A DNA stretch of 64,000 nucleotides from an uncultured Solirubrobacterales bacterium (GTDB taxonomy: Bacteria > Actinomycetota > Thermoleophilia > Solirubrobacterales > 70-9): positions 1,805,782 through 1,869,781 of the forward strand of contig OY969802.1 in the NCBI GenBank assembly GCA_963703235.1, in the 5' to 3' direction. The translations under genes and the position numbers were made by a program. This document shows, piece after piece, positions 10,101 to 17,468 of the stretch. The notes beneath the pieces were generated by a model. It was not told the origin of the DNA, did no database searches, and saw only the letters and a list, made by a program, of their open reading frames with translations. Position 1 is the first letter of the stretch. Every line of letters begins with the position of its first letter.

Positions 10101-10531
10101 GTGCGGAAGGCGTCGTTCGGGCAGGGGTCGAAGAGAGGCGGGGGCAGATGGGTGGTGAAGGTGCGCTCGGGGCCGACGGTCGGGCCCGAGGGGCTGGAGG
10201 CGCGCAGGCGGTAGTGGTAGGTGGTGGCGGGAGTGAGGCCTTCTATCTGCACGGAGACCGGGACGCCTTTGTCCCCGGCGGGGATGGTTGGCGGGGAAGC
10301 GGGCGCTTTGGTCGGATTGGCGAAGCCTTCTGCTTCATAGCCCGCCTCATCGACGTAGTCGAGCTGGTATTTCGTCGGTTTTTCTTCTGGGTTTACGGTC
10401 GCCGCGATCGTCGCCGAGGTTTCTCCCACCTGGGTTGCCGCGGTGTTCGAGATCAGGGGTGGGCCGGCGGCTTGGGCTAGGGACGCGAGGGATAGGGATA
10501 GGGCTGCGAGGGCGAGGGTGATGCGACTCAT
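7108..10531 (-). pseudogene. frameshifted paralog (A1) of the 13846..17343 FN3/YWTD-propeller gene
   Basis: Track ORF 7430..10531 is collinear with A2 until ...CLDVYMWEAEG, then goes out of frame. The DNA reads ggagccagAAtccttc at 7531-7546 against ggagccagAtccttc at 14293-14307, so there is one extra base at 7539/7540. Downstream sequence 7143-7538 is essentially identical to 13905-14299. In the corrected frame it reads through to a TGA at 7108-7110 that overlaps the GTG of the next gene. Confidence 0.6.
7143..10475. repeat. segmental duplication, copy 1 (pairs with 13905..17250)
   Basis: By-eye alignment shows long blocks identical to copy 2 (for example 7143-7538, about 8040-8500 and about 8700-8960). 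These blocks are interrupted by diverged patches such as about 8500-8700. Confidence 0.85.
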
Positions 10532-10534
10532 GCC

Positions 10535-13500
10535 CTACCTCGCCCTGCGGCGGTTCCCTTGCGCTTTCCGCTTCTTCCCTTTGCAGTCGCTCCTGACCAG
10601 AGGCCTCGAGTCGAAGACCATGCCGTTTTGGCCATCGAGCTTGACCGTGGCTCGGCGCTTCCTCGCGCAGAGGTTCTGGCTGTTGACCACGAGCCCGCGT
10701 TTGCCTCCGAAGAGCTCTAGGCGGAACGTCGATACCGGGGCGTCTGGGAGCAGGTCGAAGCTGTTTCGAAGGGCCCCTTTGACTGCATCGGTCCTGCCCG
10801 CCAGCTCGATTCGGATCGGCTGGTGAGCTGGGCCCCTCAGGTCGACGACGAGATCTGGCAGCTCGTTGTCGGAAGAGCGCAAGTAGACGTTGCCGGAGAT
10901 TGGGTAATCGAGAATCGGCGTGGTCGCGGTGGCTTTGCCATAGATCGAGCCTTTCGGGCAGCTATCAGCCGCGAACTGGACTCTGGTGCAAATCGTTCTG
11001 ATGTGGGCTTGATCGAGGAAGGCGGAGCGAGGAAGTTTGACCTGGGCTTTGGCGATGTTGGCTTCGCCCGGTTTTGCCCTCAGCGTCGCAACCAGCTTCG
11101 GGTGATCGGCTCGCTTGGTACCGCCTTTCAGCCTCAGCGAGAGCTTTGGTTTGAAGGGAAGCTGCGAGCAACCGCCTACCTGGAAGGGAGAGAAGAGAGA
11201 GGCATTCTGTCCTAAGGCCGAGGTCACGATTCCCGCGATCTGCATCGGATCGCAGGAGGTCGGGTTGAGGGTGAACTGGGGCCTCCCCATATGCATGGAG
11301 ATCTGGCGCACGTCCAGTGGGACGCCCTCCAGGATCGTCGGCAGCGGGTCCGATACGGCGTGGATCTGGGCCGTCTTGGGATCCACACGAAGCGCCGCCC
11401 TGACGACGACCACTCCCAGGTCGAACGGCCCAGCGACGGCTGGGGTGATCACGGCGATGCTCAAAGGAGCGCCTTTGTAGGGGCCTGCCAGGTAGGCGCG
11501 GCCCTCTACGTGAAGCGGGCTGATGCCAGCTCCCGCGGCTACGTCCACCGTTCCGAGCTCAGAGGAGGCTGGGCAGCTTGGGCTTTTCTTCTCGAGGATT
11601 CCTTCGAGCGGGTTGCTCCTCGCCCTTGCTGTGGCGATCTGGGCTTCTGAGCAGGTGGCGACCCCGGCAAGCTTGCCCGAGAGCCCGGGAGGCAGGGTGG
11701 CCTCGATCCCAGCCAAGCGCTGGGAGCCGTCGGAGCGAGAGAGCTTGAGGACGAAGGGCGAGTAGGAACCCGCCTGGGGGGCGATCGTGCCGGCGCTGAA
11801 GGAGGGGGCGTTGGGAGCCCCCACCTCTGCGCTCGGGCAGGCGACTCCTCCTGGAGCTACGGAGGTTTGGAAGGAATCGCTCGGATTCGCGTCCTCGCCT
11901 TCGGGTGAGCTCCAGGGGGTGAGATCCGAGGTGGTGGTGTGGGTGGCGCAGACCGGCGGGGTGATCAGGGGCGCCCTGGCGCCGCCGAAGAGGCTCAGCT
12001 TGACGTCTTCCAAGGGCAGCTGCGGGTTTTCCTCAAAGCGGGTCGTCAGCTGTCCGGTCACCGGATCGGGGATCACCTCGCCGGCGAGCTTGGCGAAGAT
12101 CCCGGTTTTCTCGTCTTCGACCGTCAGGTAGATCGCGATCAGCGATTCGAAGGGGTTCTGGTAGGGCTCCGCCAGATAGAGCGATCCGTGCAGGGGCTCT
12201 GGGATCGGCTTGCCTTCAGGATCGCGTTGCACTTCCTGTTTTTCGTCGTACTGGGCGAGCAGGGGCGAGGTGACTTCAACCGTCCCCAGCTTCGATGCGT
12301 CGGGGCACTCGCTCGGGTGCTTGGAGAAGTGGGCAGGGGTTTCCCCTACCGCGGTAGTGAGGTCGATCTGCTCCTTGGTGCAGACCGCCAACCCGTCTGC
12401 CTGGGAGGGGTTGACCGCCATCCCCTTGGGCAGGGTGACGGTGGCGTCCTTCAGAATCGCCGTAGAAAGCCCTTCCAGGTCGGTGTTCTGCGGCTGGTGC
12501 AGTTCGAACTCGAGGCCGCTGGGAGAGTCGGCCAGGTTGGTGGTCGGCTGCGAGGAGATCGTCGGCTCGAACTGAAGCGCGTTGCAGCCTTCGACGGAGA
12601 CCGGGTTGCCGGCCAGATCTGAGCTCTCGTAGATGGCCGTTTGATCGACCGAGGGCTGCTCCCAACTCGTGGCATGGGCCTTGGTCACAGTTGGTTTGCC
12701 TGGGCAGTGCCCCGGCATGGTGAGGAAGGCTTCGGTGTTCGGTTCTTCGACCGGGCACGGAGGGTCACCAGGACCGGGAACGAGGCACGTTTTGCGCCTG
12801 TTGTCGTGGCCTGGATGCGACGGATCGCCCCACAGCCCCGTCTGGGCACCGAGCAGCGGGTGGTAATCGAGGGCGAGGATGTCGCCGGCGCGGGCCGAGA
12901 TGCCGTAGTCGCTATCGCTGCGCACGCTCGGGATCACGTGGACGAAGATGCCGGCCCCGAAGGCATCGAAGGCGAAGGCCGCGGGGGCCCCCGGTGGGGG
13001 AACCATGCTGTAGAGGGCAGAGTCGTAGAAGAAAGAGATGCCGGCCAGGGGGGCCATGACGTCGATCGTGCCGACCTGGGAGGACTCTGGGCATCCCCCT
13101 TTGCCCGGGAACTGCTGGCTGTTCAGCTGCGCCTCGGTGCAGCGGGTGCGCAGGGCGGAGGGGTTACCGAGAACTCCAGGCGGGAGGTCGATGCTGACTT
13201 CTCGCGGGTGCTCGGTGCCGGTCAGCGACTCGAAGTGGCTTGGCCTTTCGCCGGGGAAGCCGACGCCGACCATGAGCTGGTAGGGATGTCCGCCGGCCTG
13301 GGTGACGGGCGTTCCGTCCACGTCGGTGAGCGGCGCGAAGAGGCCCGCTTCGCCTGCGAGGAAGTTGAAGGGAGCGGGGTTCGAGCTGATTGTCGTCGTG
13401 GTCGAAGCCTGGGTCGCGGCGGCGCCACCACCGCTGATCGTGGCGGTGTTGGTTACCGTCGAGCCCTCGGCCAGAGGGCCGACTTCGAGCGAGATCGTGA

Positions 13501-13849
13501 CTAACAGCGTCCTGCTCGGGGGCAGGGGTTCCGTGGCGGTGCAGGTGACCGTCTGGGCGACGACGCCACAGCTCAGGCCCCCCGAGCCTCCCGCGTCGAT
13601 CGGGGTAAGGCCGGTGGGCAGAGTGTCGGTAAGAGTGATTTCGCCACTGGTGGGGGCGGCACCGAAGTTGCTGGCGAAAAGAGTGTATTCGAGGTCTTTG
13701 CTTGCTCCAGGGGCGAAGTTGGTCGGCACCGAGGTCAGGGTGAGCTTCCAGGCAGGGGCCGGTTCCGCCGCCCCTGCAGTCGCGGGAAGGAGTGCCAGGA
13801 GCGCAAGGACGGCGCTGAGAGAGACAAGTGAGGCGGTGCGGCGGATCAT
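10535..13849 (-). CDS. large secreted protein of an unrecognised family (B2; paralog of 2049..4874) with an extra N-terminal DUF11-like repeat domain and a Cys-polybasic tail
   Basis: Track ORF of 1104 aa with signal peptide MIRRTASLVSLSAVLALLALLPATAGA. The N-terminal LTDTLPTGLTPIDAGG..LSCGVVAQTVTCT pattern is typical of DUF11/conserved-repeat domains. The remainder is collinear with B1. Ends in CKGKKRKAQGNRRRAR. ATGA overlap with the A2 stop. Confidence 0.8.
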   Translation of the reverse strand: MIRRTASLVSLSAVLALLALLPATAGAAEPAPAWKLTLTSVPTNFAPGASKDLEYTLFASNFGAAPTSGEITLTDTLPTGLTPIDAGGSGGLSCGVVAQTVTCTATEPLPPSRTLLVTISLEVGPLAEGSTVTNTATISGGGAAATQASTTTTISSNPAPFNFLAGEAGLFAPLTDVDGTPVTQAGGHPYQLMVGVGFPGERPSHFESLTGTEHPREVSIDLPPGVLGNPSALRTRCTEAQLNSQQFPGKGGCPESSQVGTIDVMAPLAGISFFYDSALYSMVPPPGAPAAFAFDAFGAGIFVHVIPSVRSDSDYGISARAGDILALDYHPLLGAQTGLWGDPSHPGHDNRRKTCLVPGPGDPPCPVEEPNTEAFLTMPGHCPGKPTVTKAHATSWEQPSVDQTAIYESSDLAGNPVSVEGCNALQFEPTISSQPTTNLADSPSGLEFELHQPQNTDLEGLSTAILKDATVTLPKGMAVNPSQADGLAVCTKEQIDLTTAVGETPAHFSKHPSECPDASKLGTVEVTSPLLAQYDEKQEVQRDPEGKPIPEPLHGSLYLAEPYQNPFESLIAIYLTVEDEKTGIFAKLAGEVIPDPVTGQLTTRFEENPQLPLEDVKLSLFGGARAPLITPPVCATHTTTSDLTPWSSPEGEDANPSDSFQTSVAPGGVACPSAEVGAPNAPSFSAGTIAPQAGSYSPFVLKLSRSDGSQRLAGIEATLPPGLSGKLAGVATCSEAQIATARARSNPLEGILEKKSPSCPASSELGTVDVAAGAGISPLHVEGRAYLAGPYKGAPLSIAVITPAVAGPFDLGVVVVRAALRVDPKTAQIHAVSDPLPTILEGVPLDVRQISMHMGRPQFTLNPTSCDPMQIAGIVTSALGQNASLFSPFQVGGCSQLPFKPKLSLRLKGGTKRADHPKLVATLRAKPGEANIAKAQVKLPRSAFLDQAHIRTICTRVQFAADSCPKGSIYGKATATTPILDYPISGNVYLRSSDNELPDLVVDLRGPAHQPIRIELAGRTDAVKGALRNSFDLLPDAPVSTFRLELFGGKRGLVVNSQNLCARKRRATVKLDGQNGMVFDSRPLVRSDCKGKKRKAQGNRRRAR

Positions 13850-16800
13850 CGGCGTGCTCCCTGGTTGGCGTTTGCTCGGTTGTGCTTTCGGTTGCGCTGT
13901 TTTTGCCCCGCGCAGCGGCCCCTGCCTTTCGCGCGCGCCACTCGCTTGCGCTTCGCGCAGCGCGGTTTTCCGTTGCGCCCGTCGGGGTTGGGGGGACCGA
14001 CGAAGCTGGCGCTGCCGGGCGAGGGGCTTACCGGCGGCGGGGTCGGCGCCGGTTTGCAGGCATCTGCCTCGCAGATCGGCGGCGGCGGCTGGTTCTGGGC
14101 AGCAAGACCGCCCTCTACGCGGACGTCATAGACGTCTCGCAGCGCGTCCTTGTCCTGGCCGACCAGCTGCTCGGTGGTGAAGAGGAAGGCGTCATCGCCG
14201 CTCGCGGAGGCGTCGGCGAAGAGCGAGGGCTCGCTGCTCTCGCCGTTGGAGAGCAGGTAGAGACAGCCGCCGTTGGAGAAGGTGCCTTCGCAGGAGCCAG
14301 ATCCTTCTGCCTCCCACATGTATACGTCTAGGCAGGTGGGGAAGATCTGGTTTTTCGAGCCGCTCCGCGGGCAGCCGTCCAAGCCGTTGACGTCGGCACC
14401 GACCAGCGCGTCTGTCGTCTCGAAGAAGACCCGCTCGCCGTCGGCGGAGAGGTTTCGGGTCGTCAGCGCTGATCCCCGCGCGGGAACCAGCGCCGACGGG
14501 GTCATCCTCGCCAGCGTCGGTATTCCCGTCGGCGGCGCGACGCTCGGCGCCGCCCCGGTCGGGTTGCAGGAGACGCAACTGAGGCCCTCCCCCACCCGGT
14601 AGCGGTAGAACTGCGGGACGCCTTCGTTCTCGTACTCGCTGAGCTTCTCCTGGGAGCGGAAGAGCAGGGTTTGCCCGTCGGGGCTGACGCGGGAGGTCTT
14701 CTGGAAGCTGTTGAGAGTAAGGCCCATCTGCGGGGTCGCAGAAGCCGACCAATTGGCCACGTCGCTCTTGCCCATCTCACCCGTTGCGTCGAGCCGCACG
14801 ACGAAGCTGATCTGCGCCCCGCCGCCTTCCATTTCGCGCCAGAGGTAGAGGTTGCAGTTGCCGCTCCCGCCCGCCACCGGCCCCTCGCAGTTCCCCGGCG
14901 TCGCCGGCCCGCCCCCATCGAGGTCGCCGTTGGCGGCGAAGTAGACGTGGGTGCCGTCCTGGGAGATGCCGAGCACTCCCTGGACGTCGGCGCCGTTGGC
15001 ATCGTCGGTGTCGAGGACCAGGTCAGACAGCTTCTCCCCCGTCGCGCTGTGGTCGTAGCGGTAGAGGTCGTTGCCCGCGTTGGGGACGACCTCCTGGTTG
15101 GCCGACCAGTGGATGTGGGTGGGGTCGACCGCCAGCCCCTGCGGGTGCCTGGCGCCTTTGACGAATTCCAGCTCGACTTCGGTGATCGCGCCCGGGTTGT
15201 TGAGTTTGGCCCGCCCGATCACGTCGTTTTTCTCATCGGCCCAGTAGAGCCGGTCGCCAGCGACGGCGATGCCGCGGAAGCGGTCGCTTTCGCTCGTGAA
15301 GAGGAGCACGGCGATGCCTTTCGGTTCGGCCAGCGGGACCCGCCGTATGCCTCCGGCGATGCCTTGGGTGAAGTAGAGGTAGGTGGCGTCGAGCACCACT
15401 CCCGCCGCGTTAAAACCGAAGGGCTCGCCGCCTTCATCCACCGTCCAGGGCTGGATCACTTCCCCGCCTTCGATCGTGGCGCGGGCGATGCCCTTAGTGA
15501 GGAAGGGAAATACAGTGCCGCTCCCCGCGTTCGCCCAGTAGATGTGAGTAGTGTTGACCGCGATCCCCTGCGGGTTGTGAGCACCGGTGATGAAGCTCGG
15601 TTTGACTTCTTCGCCGTCGAGCTCCGCCCGCCCGATCGTGCCGTTGCCGTTCTGGCCGTCGACGGCGTCGGTCCAGTAGACGTGTTCGGAGTCGGTCGTC
15701 ACCCACTGGGGTTTGACGGGAGCTTCGATGAAGCTCGGGTCGACTTCGGTCGTGCCGTCGAGGGTGGCGCGGCCGATCGTGCCGGCTTTGGGGTCGGCCC
15801 AGTAGACGTGGGAGCCGTTCACGGCGACCCCCAAGGCGGAGGCGGGAAGGAAGCCGAGGTCTTTGCCTTCGCCTTCCAGGTTCGCACGGGCGATCGCCGG
15901 CGCTTCTGGTTCGGGCCCGGTAGTGGCGTCGTCGGTCAGCTTCTCCGAGGAGGTGAAGAAGGTCTTGGTGCCGTCTTGGCTGGCGCCCATGAAGGCGGCG
16001 GGCTGGGTTCCGGCGGCGTCGCTTCCTTCGAACCCTGAGCCGTTGGTCTTCGCGGTCGCCGAGACGTGGATCGTGCAGGCCTTGGCCGCTTCGGTGCAGT
16101 TGCCTTCGATGTCGAGCGCGCTCTGTGGCTGGCTCGGGTTGAGGCGCAGGTAGAGCTGCCCGGTTCCCGCTGCGGTGAAGTAGAGCGAGCCCTCGGGGGT
16201 TACGGCGCGCTGTTCCTGGAGGTAGTAGCTGCGCGCGGTGCCGCCGGTTGAGAGGGTGGCCGGGCTGACGCCTTTCACCCAGTCATAGGGGCCGGCGAAG
16301 GCGCCTTGGGGGGGGCTCTGGCCGTCGTTTAGGACGCTGGCGAGGCCGATCTCGCCGCTGTCGCGATCCCAGGCGTAGAGGTTGGAGTCCCCTTCGAGAG
16401 CCGCTGGGGTCAGTTTGGCGTCGGCTTCGAAGATCGCCTTGGAGCCGTCGGCGGAGGCGCCGGCGTAGCGGGGGGCCAGGCCGGGGGTGTAGTCGACGAT
16501 CGTCTCCAGCGGCCCACCGTCGCCGGGGCGCCTCAGGAGCGTCGTCAGCTCGGGTTCGGTCAGTTTGGTCGCCTCGTCGAAGACCGCCGAGAAGTCGGGC
16601 AGCCAGCCGATCGCGTGGGCCTTCTGGCCGGTTGCCGCGGGGGGCAGGAGGCCTTCGGTGAACCAGCCTCCTGCGCCGCGGCTTGCCAGGTAGAGGGGCA
16701 TTTCCTGGGAGCCTTCTGCGCCGGGGAAGCCGGCGTCGCTCATGAAGGTGATGCCGTTGCCCGTGGGCGTCGCCTGGACAAAGGAGGAAAAGCCGATCGC

Positions 16801-17343
16801 GTGGCCGCCGTTCTTCTGCACGGGGGAGGCCTGCTCATAGGCGCGGCAGTCGGGAAGGTGGGCGGAGGGCAGATCAGTGCGGAAGGCGTCGTTCGGGCAG
16901 GGGTCGAAGAGAGGCGGGGGCAGATGGGTGGTGAAGGTGCGCTCGGGGCCGACGGTCGGGCCCGAGGGGCTGGAGGCGCGCAGGCGGTAGTGGTAGGTGG
17001 TGGCGGGAGTTAGGCCTTCGATCTGCACGGAGACCTCAACGCCTTTGTTCCCGGCGGGAATGGTCGGCGGGGAAGCGGGCGCTTTGGCGGGATTGGCGAA
17101 GCCTTCTGCTTCATAGCCCGCCCGATCGACGTAGTCGAGCTGGTATTTCGTCGGTTTTTCTTCTGGGTTTACGGTCGCCGCGATCGTCGCCGAGGTTTCT
17201 CCCACCTGGGTGGCTTTGGTGTTGGAGATCAGCGGCGGGCCGGCGGCTTGGGCGGGGGGGGCTGCGAGGGAGAGGGCTAGGGAGACGAAGAGAGCAGTGA
17301 GGATCGTGCGGCCCCGTGCCGAACCTCTTAGCTGGTGCGTCAT
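13846..17343 (-). CDS. secreted FN3 plus six-blade YWTD-type beta-propeller plus PD40-like protein (A2) with a Cys-rich C-terminal module and polybasic tail
   Basis: Track ORF of 1165 aa with a signal peptide ending ...LSLAAPPAQA. FN3-like N-terminus (TSATIAATVNPEEKPTKYQLDYV...TTYHYRLRAS). Six blades: HVYWAD, HVYWTD, HIYWAN, YLYFTQ, RLYWAD, HIHWSAN. C-terminal module CVSCNPTG...DVYMWEAEGSGSCEG...DVYDVRVEGG...ICEADAC. Tail CAKRKRVARAKGRGRCAGQKQRNRKHNRANANQGARR. Confidence 0.85.
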   Translation of the reverse strand: MTHQLRGSARGRTILTALFVSLALSLAAPPAQAAGPPLISNTKATQVGETSATIAATVNPEEKPTKYQLDYVDRAGYEAEGFANPAKAPASPPTIPAGNKGVEVSVQIEGLTPATTYHYRLRASSPSGPTVGPERTFTTHLPPPLFDPCPNDAFRTDLPSAHLPDCRAYEQASPVQKNGGHAIGFSSFVQATPTGNGITFMSDAGFPGAEGSQEMPLYLASRGAGGWFTEGLLPPAATGQKAHAIGWLPDFSAVFDEATKLTEPELTTLLRRPGDGGPLETIVDYTPGLAPRYAGASADGSKAIFEADAKLTPAALEGDSNLYAWDRDSGEIGLASVLNDGQSPPQGAFAGPYDWVKGVSPATLSTGGTARSYYLQEQRAVTPEGSLYFTAAGTGQLYLRLNPSQPQSALDIEGNCTEAAKACTIHVSATAKTNGSGFEGSDAAGTQPAAFMGASQDGTKTFFTSSEKLTDDATTGPEPEAPAIARANLEGEGKDLGFLPASALGVAVNGSHVYWADPKAGTIGRATLDGTTEVDPSFIEAPVKPQWVTTDSEHVYWTDAVDGQNGNGTIGRAELDGEEVKPSFITGAHNPQGIAVNTTHIYWANAGSGTVFPFLTKGIARATIEGGEVIQPWTVDEGGEPFGFNAAGVVLDATYLYFTQGIAGGIRRVPLAEPKGIAVLLFTSESDRFRGIAVAGDRLYWADEKNDVIGRAKLNNPGAITEVELEFVKGARHPQGLAVDPTHIHWSANQEVVPNAGNDLYRYDHSATGEKLSDLVLDTDDANGADVQGVLGISQDGTHVYFAANGDLDGGGPATPGNCEGPVAGGSGNCNLYLWREMEGGGAQISFVVRLDATGEMGKSDVANWSASATPQMGLTLNSFQKTSRVSPDGQTLLFRSQEKLSEYENEGVPQFYRYRVGEGLSCVSCNPTGAAPSVAPPTGIPTLARMTPSALVPARGSALTTRNLSADGERVFFETTDALVGADVNGLDGCPRSGSKNQIFPTCLDVYMWEAEGSGSCEGTFSNGGCLYLLSNGESSEPSLFADASASGDDAFLFTTEQLVGQDKDALRDVYDVRVEGGLAAQNQPPPPICEADACKPAPTPPPVSPSPGSASFVGPPNPDGRNGKPRCAKRKRVARAKGRGRCAGQKQRNRKHNRANANQGARR
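13905..17250. repeat. segmental duplication, copy 2 (pairs with 7143..10475)
   Basis: Same evidence as copy 1. Identical blocks 13905-14299, about 14815-15280 and about 15476-15735, with diverged patches between them. Confidence 0.85.
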
Positions 17344-17381
17344 TTTAGTTCCTCTCGCAACGCTCTTAGCTGGTGTGTCAT
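17340..17381 (-). other. 13-codon upstream ORF (MTHQLRALREELK) created by tandem duplication of the A2 RBS and start region
   Basis: Units 17325-17358 and 17363-17398 are near-identical, so GAGAGGAAC-TAAAA(AA)-ATGAC(G/A)CACCAGCTAAGAG occurs twice. The distal ATG at 17381 opens a 13-codon frame. Its TGA (17342-17340) overlaps the A2 ATG (17343-17341). Confidence 0.3.
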
Positions 17382-17468
17382 TTTTTAGTTCCTCTCGCCG
17401 CGACAGCTCATCGCGATGTGGATGAGCCCGGACAGTTGCGAGCCATCCAGGCTCATCCCCTTCGTCGA

